From the human T2T-CHM13v2.0 reference genome, Homo sapiens: a DNA stretch of 64,000 nt. The notes beneath the pieces were generated by a model, which searched no databases, was not told the DNA's origin, and saw only the letters and a program-made list of their open reading frames with translations. Made by a program: the position numbers and the translations under genes. Below, in pieces: positions 31,751 through 46,856 of the stretch (its first letter is position 1; every line of letters starts with the position of its first letter). The stretch lies in the NCBI RefSeq assembly GCF_009914755.1, contig NC_060938.1, one strand, 5' to 3'.

Positions 31751-34110
31751 GGTACTATAAACTTTCCTCTTAATACTGCTTTAGCTCTGTCCCAGAGAAT
31801 CTGCTATGTTGTATCTTGTTTTCATTAGTTTCAAATAATTTCTTGATTCCTGCCTTAATTTCATTGTTTACCCTTAATTCATTCAGGAGCAGATTGTTTA
31901 ATTTCCATTTAATTGTATGGTTCTGAGAGATTTTCTTGGTATTGGTTTCTGTTTTTATTGTGCTGTGGTCTGAGAATGTGGTTGGTATAATTTCGGTTTT
32001 TAAAAATTTGTTGAGAATTGCTTTGTGTTCTAGTGTGTGGTCAATTTTACAGTATGTGCCATGTGCAGATCAGAAGGATGTATATGCTGTTTTTGTTGGG
32101 TGCAGTGTTCTTTAGATGTATGTTTAGTGTATTTGGTCAACTGTCAAGTTTAAGTCTCCAATATTCTGCCTCGATGGTTTGTCCGATACTGTCAGTGGGG
32201 TGTTGGAAGTTTCCCACTATTATCATGTGGTTATCTATGTCTTTTCGTAAGTCTCTAGGAATTCATGTTATGAATCTAGGTGCTCCAGTGTTGGGTGCAT
32301 ATATATTTAGGATTGTTAAGACTTCTTGTTGATTTGAACCCTTTATGATTATGTAATTCCCTTCTTTGTCCTTTTTGATCATTGTTGGTTTAAAGTCAGT
32401 TTTGTCTGAAATAAGAATAGCAACCCCTGCTCTTTTTTATTTTATGTTTGCTTGTTGGATCTTTCTCCATCCCTTTACTCTGAGCCTTTACTTTCCCACT
32501 GTATGTGAGATGGGTCTGTTGAAGACATTATAGCGTTAGGTCTTGCTTATTTATTCAACTTGCCACTTTGTGCCTTTTAGGTGGGATGCTTAACCTGTTT
32601 TTCTTCATGGTTAATATTGATATGTGCAGATTTGATCCTGTCATCATGTTGTTGGCTGGTTGTTATGTAGACTTGTTTGTGTATTTGCTTTATACTGTCG
32701 ATGGTCTTTGTATTTGAGTATATTTTTGTAGTGGTCAGTAATTGTCCTTCATTTCTGTAGTACTCCCTTAAAGATGCAAGGACTTCTTGTAAGGCACATC
32801 ACTAGATAATAGGTAATAAATTATCTTAGCATTTGCTTGCCTGAAAAGGGTCTTATTTCTCCTGAAGCTAGTTTGGCTGGATATGAAATTCTTGGTTTCA
32901 ATTTATTTTCCTTAAGGATGCTGAATATAGGCCTCCATACTCTTCTGGCTTGTAGGGTTTCTGCTGAAAAGTCTACTGTTAGCCTGATGTGGTTCCCTTT
33001 GTAAGTGACCTGACCCTTCTCTCTAGGTGCCTTTAATATTTTTTCTCTCACATTGATGTTGGAGGATTTGACGACTGGGTGCTTTGGGGATGGTCATGTT
33101 GTATAGTAGCTCACGGCAGTTCTTTGAATTTTCTGAATTTGTATGTCAACCTCTCTAGTGAGGTTGGGAAAATTTTTGTTGACAATATTCTCAAATATGT
33201 TTTTCAAGTTGCTTGCTCTCTCTTTCTCTCTTTCAGGGATGCCAATAAGTTGTTGATTTGGTCTCTTTACATAATTCCATATTTCACAGAGACTTTGTTC
33301 AGTTTTTTAAAATTCTTTTTTCTTTATTTTTGTCTGAGTTAATTTGAAGAACTAGTCTTTGAGCTCTGAGATTCTTTTCTCAGCCTTGTCTATTCTGCTG
33401 TTAATACTTCCCTTTGTGTTATGAAAATCTTGTAGTGAGTTTTTCAGCTTTATCATCTCAGTTTGTTTCTTTCTTAAATTGAGTGTTTTGTCTTTTATTC
33501 TCTTGAATCATTTGATTGGATTCGTCAGATTCATTGGAATAGGTTTCAATTTTCTGTTGAATCTTGATTAATTTCATTGCCATCCAGATTCTGAATTCTA
33601 CGTCTGTCATTTCGGCCACTTCCTTCTGGTTAGGAACCATTGCTGGGGAGATGTTGTAGTCATTTGGAGGTAAGGGAGACACTCTGGCTTTTAGAATTGT
33701 CAGAGTTCTTGCGTTGGTTCTTTCTCATATGTGTGGGCTGATGTTCCTTTAACTGCGATGTAATTTGAGTGTAGTCAGTTGACTTCATTTCTGGATGTTT
33801 TTAGAGGGCCGAGGCTTTGTGCAGAGTCTGTATTTGTGCCTGAATTCTTGTCCTTGGTTCCCCAGAAGCGTATATTAGCAAAGTATTTTTGGTGTTGATG
33901 TTTGGGCTATGATCCAGTAGATGGTGCTTAAACATAATGGCCTGTAGGTAGGTTCTTGCTCAGCCATGTGGCTCCTCTGCATTTCCTTGCATGTGCAGCT
34001 GTGCTCCCTTTCAGTGGTCTGAGAATGTCAGCTCCTCTCACACTTGAGTGCTGGCTGCAGATCTGTTTGGCAGTGTTGTGCTATATACTGTAGCCCTGGA
34101 TGGAGCTCAG

Positions 34111-35111
34111 GCTTTGTGCTCCCTCCCAAGCTTGGAACCTTGGCAGTGGCGATGGCAGAGAGCCTTTCACTTGTTTCTTGAGGCTCCACCCCAGAGAAAC
34201 ACAAAGCTGCCTGACAATCAGAACAATCAACCTGGGGTGGGGTGGGTGCCTTGTAGGCCCAAGCCAGGAAGGCTTGCCTGGTGACAAACAGAGGGGAGTG
34301 AGAGATTCACAGGGAAGAAAGACAGGCCTCTTCCTTGTAGGGTGGCTGTGGCATACTGGAGGTATGAGTAAAGTACTCAGGGTCTTTATTTCTTTCCCAG
34401 TCCGAGGGCAGCAAGGGTAGTACCACTGCAGTGGTACTGGCAGAGGGGCTTTCAGTTGCCTCTGGGAGCTCCACCCCAGAAAAACAGAGCTGTTGCCAGT
34501 GGGAATGTTCAGCTGGGGTTGGGATGCCTATGCTGCAGAACCAAGCCAAGGGCTCTGCCTGGTGAAGACTAGGGAGGTGGAGGCTGACAAGGAAGAGAGA
34601 CTGGGCTCCCCTCCACATGGTGGCTGCGGTGTGCTGGAGGCACAAGTCAAGCACTCATGTCTTTGTTCCTTCCTCAGTCTGAGAGCAGTAAGGGCAGTAC
34701 CACTGCAGTGGCAGTGACAGAGGGGCTGGCAGCTGCCTTTGGGAGCTGCACCCCTGGGAAATACAGAGCCATTGCCAGTGGGAATTTTCAGCCAGGGGGT
34801 GGGATAGCTGCTTTGTGGGTCTGAGCCAGGGGCGCTGCCTGGTAAAGAGGAGGGGGTGAGGGCTCACAGGGAAGGGAGACTGGGCTCCTCTCTGTATGGA
34901 GGCTGTGGTCTGCCGGCAAAGCAAACAGGCAAAGCCCTTTGTTCCTTCCCCAGCCTAGAGCAATAAGGGCAGTCCTGCTGCAGCTGCAATGGCAGGGGGG
35001 CTGTCAGTTGTCTCTGGGATGTCCTCTCCTGAGAGATGCAGAGTTGCTACTGACCGAATTGTTCAGGCCAGGCCGAGAGGCCCTGCCCACTGAGGAGTAA
35101 CATGGGCAGGG
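34111..35111 (-). repeat. About 3.6 copies of a ~275-bp tandem unit in the L1 5'UTR
   Basis: Unit starts near 34111, 34384, 34661 and 34937 (CTTTGTTCCTTCC...AAGGGCAGTACCACTGCAGTGG). Confidence 0.85.
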
Positions 35112-35469
35112 TTTAGGGGTACTTTCTACAGACTAATGAAAATCATTTCATGGGGAAATCATGGCTCCATGACACACTGGATGGACCTGGGGTTAGGAAA
35201 GGAAATACTGAGGAGAGTATCAAGCTTTACTATTGCTTGTTTGGAATTGGGCTTCTATGTGTCAGTTTCCTAACTGGGATGATTTTACCTCTCCATCCAG
35301 AAATATTCTGTTGGCCTAGAGAAACTTTTTCAATGCCTTGTCTTCACAGATGGAGGAGCTATAAGTAGAGCTTTCTTTAGTAATCACATCTCAGTAACCA
35401 TGTGCAGAAATCAATTATCTTAATATATACCTTATCAAGTTAATTTTTCAAGAACAGGTAAGAATGAGT

Positions 35470-35790
35470 GAGCTTAGAAAGTTTAATTGGGAAAAGAGTG
35501 AATATAAGAAGGTGATAGGATACCTCCTTCAAAAGGCTAAAAGATTAACACATGGAAAGTAAAAGAAACTTATTTAAATTTCTGTAGAAGATAGAAGTAG
35601 GACCAGTGGATCAAAGTTACAGGAAGGTGGATTTTTAGATCTATCTAAAAAAGGACCAAGAAATTAGAACTGGCTTCTTCTGTTCAAATAGTAATCAGTG
35701 TGAGTCACTTAGGGAGGTTGTCAAAGAAATTCCTGATTGGGAGTTGTTTGAACTAACACACCCAAGGACCTTTCTTACTTGAAGAATATG
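35470..35790 (+). mobile_element. L3/CR1 3' relic
   Basis: AGAAGTAGGACCAGTGGATCAAAGTTACAGGAAGGTGGATTT resembles the CR1 3' end. Confidence 0.55.
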
Positions 35791-35999
35791 TATGATATTT
35801 TACATGTATTGAAACAGCTGTAAAGAGAAATGACTCGCCACAATTTCTTGCTTAAAGCTTTAGTTCATTTCTATTTATTACCCAAAAGTGTAATTTTCAT
35901 TTAAGAATATAAGAAATGATACATCTCAGAATTCAAGGAAATATTATATAGATAGGCCTTAAAAAAGGAGGGACCAGTATGGTTCTGAGAAACTCAGCT

Positions 36000-36290
36000 G
36001 AGCCTTTCTTTTAATGCTCTACCACTGAGATGTTTAGCTTCCAGTTGACAGTCTATGTGCCTTTAAATTCAAATTCTCAAATGAGATACTCTAATTTATT
36101 TAGTTTAAGTTATAAGTCTACCCTTGATTCAATCATCTGTAGCCAAAGGAGTAAGGGTCATATAACAGCAACAGGGTTAAAATGGTGGTAGGGATGGGCT
36201 TTTTTCTCTGGATGGTGGTCAGTTGCTGCTCTAAGTGGAGAGATGAAGTAAGTCATGGGCTAGATATCTCATAAGATATTTATTAGATTT
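36000..36290 (-). mobile_element. Old MLT1-type LTR fragment
   Basis: CTACCCTTGATTCAATCATCTGTAGCCAAAGG motif. Confidence 0.45.
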
Positions 36291-36712
36291 CCAAAAATGT
36301 TAATGGTAGAAGACTATGATTTAGACTGTTTGTTGTCAATTTCACACAACCAGTATTTATCATATGGCTACTATGTGTAAGGCACCATGCTGGATGATTG
36401 CCAGAATGTAGAATACAAGATATTGTCCCTGCCCCAGGGTATTTACAAGCACTCTGTCCAGTAGACTGGTCATTATTTAATAAATCATCCTGCTTAGGTT
36501 TTACTTTGGAAGGGCTAGCTTTCTGATTATGTAGAAAGGTGCCTTATTAACTTTTGAAAAAGTTTCAAGTTGAGTATTAAAGATGTTTGCCTTTTCTAAG
36601 CATACACACATTTAATGTTTGTGTAGACCAAGCCTAAAAGACCATCACAAGCTCATACTCCGAGAACAAAACCCCAATCCGTTCTCCCCAAACAAACAAA
36701 AATATGAGTTGA

Positions 36713-37051
<339 letters not shown>

Positions 37052-37271
37052 AAAAATGTGTGCTTGTTCTTATATGTACATAAGGTGGAAGGTAAACATT
37101 TTAAGTGTCTGTGAGCTACCTAGTATTCTAGGCATGTCATATATGTAACATGCATATGATATGCAGATAGTGTATGCACTATTATAATAATATAATCCAA
37201 TTATAGTCTTTATTTTCATTATCTTAAGGATATTTATATAGTTCAATTGAGTCGCTAGGAAATAAAAAAAA

Positions 37272-37395
37272 GTTTTTTAAGGGTGGGGCCTTGCTATGTT
37301 GTCCTGGCTGTTCTTGAACTCTGGGCCTCAAGTCATCCTTTTGCCTCAGCCTCCCAAGTAGCTGGGACTACAGGTATGCACCACTGTGCCTGGCC
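37272..37395 (-). mobile_element. FLAM (Alu monomer)
   Basis: Single antisense arm. Confidence 0.85.
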
Positions 37396-37777
37396 AAGAA
37401 TATTTCTTTGTTTCCTGTTTCTGTGTTTAAGCTGCATTTAGTTTGGCAGTGTTTGAAAGGTATCATTTCTGGTTTACATTCAGCTCTTGTCCTTTCTACC
37501 AGCTGAGTGACTTATGAACAGAAAATTATAGAGTAAAAATAATATGACATATATGTTAGGCTCTAAGCCCTTCACCTTTTTTTTTTCCTTCCAAATAAAG
37601 ATGAAGCAGCTTGTCTAGGTGCAATGCCATGTTAATATCCTGTAAAGATAATTAGTAGCTGACTTAGCATATTGCTTGGAGGTTTCCTGAGAGACCAACT
37701 TTAGCTATAATGCAAGAGATATTTGATTTCTATTAATACTTGAATAAGTCATTGGTTTTATCAAGATCCTATATTTA

Positions 37778-38088
<311 letters not shown>

Positions 38089-40743
38089 TCCTGGTCTATT
38101 TAAAACCCTGGATTTGTTTTAAATAGCCATCTAATTTTTATGCTACAAAAGAGTTAACATACTTTCTTGTTTTTGGAATCTCTCTGACCTTAGAACCATA
38201 CTAACTTTGCCATGGATATTTCTTGGGGCCTATTTTTCCAAAATAATCATTCTCTTTTTTTAGAGTCTACTGTTCATTTTAATTAAATTGTTTCCCACTA
38301 TGCTGGTATGATTTCAGGAAAGGAGCATTTAAGTCATATGTTCAATCAAAACTTCTGCAGGTAAATTATAACCCACTTTTCTTTTTTATTTCATGTGGTC
38401 TTGGCAAATCATGTTTTAATTGTGGTCAAAATCTGCATAGAAACATATTGTTTCATTGATTTGCATAATATTTTGGGGCATTTTAAAAATATACATCAAT
38501 CCCCAGAGATCTTAAGCTCTACTTGACAGTATTTAGCATTTACTTCTGCTTAAACTCTGATATATTTGAGAAAGCAGAAGGTACCACAGTATAATGGTAT
38601 TTTTCCCTTTATTATTAGTTGTAGTATATAATATTACTAGCAGTATTGGTAAATATTTTAGAATGTGAATGAGCCTGCCTTTCAAATGAAATCTAAATCT
38701 TTATGTTGGTTTTTATTTTATTACTACTGCATCCAGTGTTATCTGAATATTTAAAGTATATTAAAAACATTAAAGACAAAAAGACAAAAGTTTTTTAAAG
38801 TATATATTTTTTCTCACTGCATAGGATATTAGACTACATATGTGCCATCTATTTTAAAACTAATTTCATTCATCACCATCTGTTTTCAAGAAAGATTTAA
38901 GGTGGCGTATGTGCGCTCTTGTACTTGGTCTCACAGGCTCTGTCTCTCTAACATACAAATCTCCTGGAAGTCAAAGGTCATGTCTTTTCTTCTTTCTCCT
39001 CCATCTTTTACATCTGGCTAAAATTATATTCTGTATGCATGAAAATGATAATTACATATTACCTGGTAGTTATCAGATAGTTCACAAATTTCCTGGAGAA
39101 GACATAGGAACAAAACAGGGCCTTCTGTGATGAAGAAAGATGAGAAAAATGGAGTATGACATCAGGACACTTAGCCTTAGTGTTCTTACTCATTACTTTT
39201 GTAAACCTGTAACATTTTTTCCCATGCTGTTCCCTTTTCTGCTTCATGTCTTGATTTTCCCATTTGCAAAATAAGGATGGAAACAGTTGCTTCCTGTTTA
39301 TTTGATGGGGAATTTAAGGATGAATGGGCTAGTGTTTCCTTCCCCAGATGTATCAACTTAATCTTATTTATTTTCTGTCCATACTTCTGATTCCATAATG
39401 TCCAATTGTATATGTGTTTTCAATTCTTTTATTTACATTCTTTTCCTTTTCTGGGATTCTTCAAAATCAAAGCATGTTAATCACATTTCATAGTGCACTT
39501 GAGTACCCAAGATACTCTTCAGATATGGGCTAATGTTTGAATAGCTCTATTTGCTTTTGAGTGTCTATCAAAACCCAGGCCCCAGACCATCAAAGCATGT
39601 AATATGAGAGGTGTCCCCAGCCTGAAATGCAGATCAGTTTCCAAGGTGTTAAAGCTTTTTCTGAAAGCCTCACTTTGGTCTGCTCAGATGCCTTCTTTTC
39701 TTTTAACCTAGTTGAGCAGTTATGAACCAATGCCATGATGAACAGTTGGGTTTGATCAGTGCAGGGGTCTATTCAGGAGCATTAACTGAAAAGTCTACTT
39801 TCTCATCTGAAAAACAGATGTTTTACCGTGATCCTCAACATGTATGTGCCTGGCCTCTCTGATACTGATTGAGAAAAAGAAAAACAGTTTAGTAGTCGAT
39901 ATCTGGGGTCTTCATCAGCTCCAAATAAACTATTAACAGTTAAATTTCAACATAAGAAAAAATAGAGGGCCTTGGGACTCTGAAACAAACCACTCATTGA
40001 TAGAATTTCACTGAAGATCAGAGCCAAAGTAATGCCTAACAATTTATAAGGTTGTGCAGGGGAAGAAAACTGGTCCTGATCTGATGTAGGGAGTCCAGTG
40101 AGAGCAAGCACTTAGTTGGAGACTCAAAGTTCTGTAGCATGGCCTGGAAGAAATTAGCTTGTCCTAGAAGATTTTGAAGTTAGGCGCTAACAATTATAAG
40201 CATCTATCACTTTGATATGGCTCTCAAATAATTAAAGAAATTTTGTCCTATAATGAGGTGCCTAAAGGATATAATTGTTTAGTAATATTTGAGTACTATA
40301 GAATGTCTTCCAGAGAGCATAGGTTTTGGGTTGCCATAACTGATACTGAGTTGTTTTTTGTTTTTCTGTCTGAAGTGGCCAGAGATTCAAATGCCTCTTG
40401 AGCCTCCTCCTCGCATGTGCAAGTAGGACTGTGGTCCTGGCCCACAGGAGCCTCTTCAGCTTTCCTCCAGCTGTGGCACAGGACATGTGTTCGGTTCACT
40501 CGATCACATTATTAAGTAACATAGGTATTATTTAAAAGGAGAAGAGTGAGGGCGGAGTCCTATTTTATGGCATTTAAGTTTGGAACCACTTATGTCAAAA
40601 CTCATTTCTGTGTTTATATGTACTTCCTAATTTATTTATAATAAGCATGTTGAATTATGAAGGAGAATGTTATTTCAAAATTCTATTGGAGGCTACTTAG
40701 AGGCTGTGGTGACACTGAATGAGAGCTCTGAAGGAAATCATAG

Positions 40744-40918
40744 TGAAACAGGAAAAGTTCCCTTGTCCCCGTCGCAGGGCATGCGACAAGGGGGAGTGGC
40801 TTGCTTCTTCAGTGCCCCACTGCTCAAACCTCTAGGGGAGAACACAGATGGGCAGGCTGTGGGGCTCTGACCCCACGGCAGTGTCTAGGGGTAAATGTTT
40901 ACAGCTGAAGCCCCAGTG
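40744..40918 (-). mobile_element. LTR1-family (ERV1) 3'-end fragment, 175 bp
   Basis: TGAAACAGGAAAAGTTCCCTTGTCCCC...; aligns to 44863-45035. Confidence 0.85.
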
Positions 40919-41001
40919 AATGTTGAAGAATACGCTTTGACCTACATATTGACAGAATTTACTGAGTTATAGAGTGATAAATACTTATTTTTTTTTCCTA
41001 A

Positions 41002-41341
<340 letters not shown>

Positions 41342-41359
41342 GCAAATAATATTTCTTAA

Positions 41360-41860
41360 TTTCAGTTGCATTTATTTTTAAATAGGAAATACATTCACCT
41401 GGTTCAGAATTTCAGAGGTTACAGAGCTGTACGTAGGAAGAAGTTTTGTTTTCTCCCAATTCCGCAAGCCATCTGATTAGCCCCCTTGAAGGTAGCTCAA
41501 GTTACTAGTTTCTTTTATTTCCTTCCATAAATATTTGATATGCATAGGAGAAAGATATATATATATATATGTATTTATGTATGTATGTATGTATGTATAT
41601 GTATGTGAGAATGAATGGATAAATAAGCATTCCTCTTTCATACAGTTACTTGCTTACCATACCTGCTGTTCTATACCTTGCTTAATTTCACTTAACACTA
41701 TGTCTTGGAATTCATTCCATGTTAGTACATAAAATGCTGCTTTTTTCTTTCTTGTGGTTTTGTGGTATCTATTGTATAGCTGTATTATAATTTTTTTTTA
41801 ACTAGGTCCTTACTGATGGACATTTATGTTGTTGCCAGTCTTTTCATTACAATGACTAAT
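41360..41860 (-). mobile_element. L1ME-type relic containing a (TA)n(TATG)n microsatellite at 41556-41605
   Basis: TTTCACTTAACACTATGTCTTGG...CTTACTGATGGACATTTA. Confidence 0.55.
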
Positions 41861-43424
41861 GTTGTTTTCTTAGTTTTCACTTTTCAATTCATTTCCTAAT
41901 TTAGTCTGAGCCTACATATTAGTGCCAAGAACTGAGGTATTTATTGTGTTCTGACACATCTGAGGTATTTGCATATAGACATCTGGGTACATATGCACAC
42001 TGCTGAACTGTCTAATAATAGTCTCTTTCCCCAGGACACTCTCCTAAGGTAAAACCTATATATTGGAATTCTTATGCTGTACATATATGCTGGATCACAA
42101 CTCTTACTGTCAGACTAGAGAGTTTCAACTTTTAACCTGTGATTTCAGTTATTGTGACATATCCTATGTTTCAATTAGAAGAGACAAACTTTATTTGGTG
42201 AGATTCAAATAGCGTTCATGAAAACGGTATCTTTTAATAAAGTGAGGTTAAAAAAATGGGAACCACCTAAGATCTTAGAGTGAGAGGAGTAGAGATTATG
42301 AAAGCAGTTTTACTTTTTGATTTTAGGGTCTTTCTATATAATTTCAGCCTGTATCAGATAATTCCGTTTAGGACACAGCTGGTACATTTAATGATCACAA
42401 ACTCTGAAGGTAGTAACTGGATGCAATAATCACACAACAAAGTCATTGAGTAGGTTTGTTGACTTATGTCAGATTACTCTAAATCTTGATGATATTGCCT
42501 GGAGCACAAAAAAGGAATATTGTCACAGCAAGCAATGGAGGTTTTGATACTCGATCACTGGAGTATTCTTTTCCCCTAAATTTTGCGCTCGTTGTATCAT
42601 AACTGCTGGTTTCTTAGCCTACTCTGATGTTGTGCAGAAAATTGTACAATACTTAAAAACGTGATATCTAGGAAAGAAAATTAGTAGAAAAAAGCCATTA
42701 GAACTGATATATATTAGCATTGGTTTGGTGGTTACTTATTAAAGATAAAAATGGAGAATATTTCATATTTCTTGATAGAAAAAAAGTAAGTTGCCATTCA
42801 TGCAAGTAAATCATATTAATTTAGGTTTTTGGCATTTTTTTTGTTTTCTGAGAGAAACATGAAGAGTTCTGCTTATTTATTTTTTATCTTGAGAATGGGA
42901 ACACATTAACAAGTACAAGCGACAATAAAACTTACTCCATAACTACATTATGAACTATATTAACTTACTCTACAACTCGATAACCAACATTATGGTTGGT
43001 TAAATAAAGAGAGTGAAAAAGACAGAGAGGGAACGTGAGAAAGAAACAATCTTTTTGTTTCCCAAAGCTGTAAGAAGCAATGATAAGACATTGAGTGTGT
43101 ACGTGTGTGCATGTTGGGGTATTTTAGTATTGTGTTTATTTTTGTTGGGAGTGAGCAGAAAATGAAGCCTTCAGTAAAGAAATTAATAAATCTTATTAGA
43201 ACTTGTTGTAAATATTTTTTAAATTCCTAAAGTTGGAACACTAAGGCATTATTTAAACTTTATCTCTGTTTTTTAAAATCTGAGAAACCCATTAACTTTT
43301 ACCCTAGAAAATGGAAAGTGTCATATCTCATTTTACAGAGGAAGTTAACAGGTTTATTGTCTTGTTGTAACATCCTAATCCTGTGACATTTTGAAATAGT
43401 GCTTTTGGTAGTGCCTTGTTTTTG

Positions 43425-43597
43425 AAACTATAGACCTCTGGGGCACTATGGACATTTTGTACTAGATAATTCCTTGTCACTGGGGGCTGTTCTGTACATT
43501 GTAGGATATTTAGCAGCATCTCTGACTTCTACCCACTAGATGCCAGTAGCAGCACTCCCTTGGGGGACAAAATTGTCCCCAGTTCAGAACAACTGCT
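43425..43597. mobile_element. MER20 (hAT-Charlie MITE), internally deleted
   Basis: GGCACTATGGACATTTTG...TGTAGGATATTTAGCAGCATC...ACCCACTAGATGCCAGTAGCA. Confidence 0.8.
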
Positions 43598-43829
43598 GTG
43601 GACATACATGGTGGTCCTACACAACTGGAGTTTAAATATGGATCCTGAACAGCTTTCATCAGTCTGATGCACTTCCCCAATATTTGTAATCATGAGGAGC
43701 AGAGCAAAACAAAGGCATAAATGTTGGGGTAATATTTTGTTTTCCAAAGACCACTGCTCAATTTGGGGGAAATTTTTGAAGAAACAGCAAAGGTAACCCT
43801 TGGAGTCTGGATTGGTTGGTTGGTTGATT

Positions 43830-44850
43830 GATTCATTCATTCAACAAAAATATATTGAACCCCTGCTATATATATGCCTGCCTCAATACTGATGACTTGT
43901 ACGCTGCTGTGTGTGTCTTATGGCAGTATGTTAAAAAAAATCCGTGGATAATAAGTCTGATGGTAGACCAGTTAAGAAGCTGCTAGCTATAACATTGGTG
44001 AGAAATGATGGTTGCCTGGGTTTTGGTAGTGACAGTGGAATTATAAGAAATTTTATACAGAGATATTTAGAAGGTAAAACATTAGGATTTGGTGATTAAC
44101 TGGAGAAAGGAAGGCGTCAAGAATAATTTCCAGGCTTTCATTAAGATGAGGACTAGAGTAGGAAAAACTGTCCTTTCTTTTGGAATAGGAGCAGATAATT
44201 GACTTCAGCTTTTGACATTTCCAATTGGAGCTGCCTTTGAGACATCCACAAGGAAGAGTTAGACAGTGAACTTGGGAAATAAATGGATTGTGTCTGTTTT
44301 GTTCCTTATTGTACCTCCTGTTCTTTAGACAGTGTCTGCATTTCTAGAGACACAGAGAGATTTAGGCTGGATGTATAGATTGGGTGTTCTTCAGGGTATA
44401 TAGCTAGTTTAATTGAAATCAAGGAAGTAGATAACATTATCCAAGGAGAATGCATAGAGAAGAGGGCCTAGTATAGCAACCTTATGAGCAGCTTTTTCAA
44501 GGGACTGAAGAGAGGAGGGACTGGAGAAGTATGAGGAAAATCAGGAGTGTATAGTTAAGGAAGCCAAAGGAAGAGAGAGTTTGAAAAAGAAGGGAGTGTT
44601 TTATGGTTCTGAATTCAGCTAAGAGTTCAAGTAAAATACAAAAAGATTGTTTAAATTAAAAAAGCCATTGGATTTTGTAACTAAAAAGCATCAGTGGCCT
44701 TTTAGAAGCCTTTTTGGTAGTCTGGTAGTTTCAGGAGTTCAGTAAATTTGGTTAAAGAGTTAAGTGGGAGGTGATTGGATAGGATCATGGGAGGTGGGAG
44801 GTCATACTTTCATGCATTCTGGCTACAAAGAAGAGACTGAAGATGGTATG
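43830..44850 (-). mobile_element. L2 fragments
   Basis: (ATTC)n L2 tail; GACCAGTTAAGAAGCT...TGAGAAATGATGG; GAAGCCAAAGGAAGAGAGAGTTT. Confidence 0.7.
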
Positions 44851-44862
44851 TGAAGGTGGTAT

Positions 44863-45648
44863 TGAAATGGGAAAAGTTCCCTTGTCCCCCTTGCAGGGCG
44901 TGCCACAGTGGGGAGTGGCTCGCTTCTTCAGTGTCCTGCTGCTCAAACCTCTAGGGGAGGCTAGATGGGCAGGCTGTAGGGCTCTGACCCCATGGCAGCG
45001 TCTAGGGGTGAATGTTTACAGCTGAAGCCCCAGTGGGCGTGTGTCACAGAGTGCTCTTTTAGTTTTGCCGTCTGTAGGCGGCTTCTGTTAGCTCAGTTAG
45101 ACTCCCTTCCTTATCTCAAGGACAGAGGGCTTTCTGTATCCTGGAGTTCTTGCCTTGGTGTAATGGAATAATTGAATCACTCGTGGGCTTGGAGAATGAG
45201 CGCAAGGTTTTGAGTGGAGGTAGCTCTCAGCAGATGGGGGAAGCCAGAAGGGGAATGGAGTGGGAAGTTTTTCCCCTGGAGTTGGGCCGCCCAGAGGCCG
45301 GGGCTCTCCAACGACTGCCCCAGCCAAACTCCGCGTTGTTGGCTTGCCGGTGTGCTGGTGCCTATTAGTGCGTTCCTCTCGCTGTCCAGCTGCCCGTGTG
45401 TTCCTCGGCTCGTGTGCTCCTCTCAACGTCCAGCCACCATGTGTCCGCCTGCTAGGGTCTCGGGGTTTTTATAGGCACAGGATGGGGGGCGTGATGGGCC
45501 AGGGCTGTATTGGGAAATACAACATTTGGGCACCAAGGCAGAAGTGCCTATACTCACCTAGGCCTGTGGGCCCAGGTCTGGGGGTAGAGCCCTCGCCAGG
45601 GACCACGCGCTCCCCTTCCCATCACTTCCCTGCCCCCTTTCTGTATGG
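44863..45648 (-). mobile_element. Solo LTR1-family LTR (ERV1/HUERS-P2-type)
   Basis: About 790 bp, GC/CpG-richer; minus strand reads CCCAAATGTTGTATTTCCC...CCCATCCTGTGCCTATAAAAACCCC (TATA box at 45466-45473). Confidence 0.85.
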
Positions 45649-45935
45649 GATGCAGGGAGGGCATGTGGGCTTGAGTATATTTAAATGCTGATAAGGAGTC
45701 AAGGATAGAGGTTGATACGAGAGTGGAGAAAATGGGGCAACTTGAGATGGGATGAATCCAAAGCACAGGGAGAATTAATCTTAGGATGGATACCCTCCAA
45801 AGTCAAGGGATGTTATTGGTGATGAGAAAGGCATATTCTGTTAGGATTAATTTCTAATATTGGGGGCTTCTTGAGGGAATAATACTTCTGGGGTTTCCTG
45901 AAAGTTCAGAATGGCAGGCATTAAAAGATGCCTGG

Positions 45936-46240
<305 letters not shown>

Positions 46241-46856
46241 AGATGCCTGTGACAGCCCATACTATTTCTGATTCCCTAGGGTCCACTGATCCCCAGAGAT
46301 TCCATTAATTTGATAATGCTCTTTATTTTGGGTAGCTGGCATATACCAGAATTGGACCCTGAACCTATGGATTAAGTTTGGGTTTGGGGCCTAATTCTAG
46401 TCTAATAATCAGAGTAGCAGGGTGTTCTGAGACCCTCTGGAGACTTTTCCCATTGTCAAAGTACCTCTAGCCAGTCTACCTTAATTAGCAAAGATATCAT
46501 TCCCATTATGATTCATCATGATTGACTGGTCTATATGATGGATTACTGATTGTAGAAAACTCTGGATTATTATAGTATTATGCTTAGAAAACCATTCTGT
46601 TCAAATGTTAAAGGGTTGACAACAGCTCACTTTCTTCTGTGGTTTAACGGAAAGAAAGTTCGCTGTGGAACCAGAAAAAAAATCTGGCTCCATCGGTGAT
46701 TGAGCTATGGGGCCTTGAACATCCTGTGAGGATGTTACAGAGTCATTTACTCTCTGTAACATTACCTGGTAATGCCTAATGTGCATCATGGTTAGAATTG
46801 AAGGTCATGTATATGTACCATTACATTGTTGATATTAAATAAATAAGAACTGATAG

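Larger units (their letters stand above)
28336..35111 (-). mobile_element. Near-full-length L1 (L1PA13-16-type), ORFs disrupted
   Basis: 3'UTR at about 28.4 kb; ORF2 peptides (e.g. 30708..31097); ORF1 peptide 32821..33051 (REKGQVTYKGNHIRLTVDFSAETLQARR); tandem-repeat 5'UTR; TSD TTTAG(A/G)GGT(G/A)CTTT at 28322-28335 and 35112-35125. Confidence 0.92.

Noticed and set aside
44863-45648. CpG-island host promoter
   Set aside because: GC/CpG enrichment is fully explained by the LTR1 element
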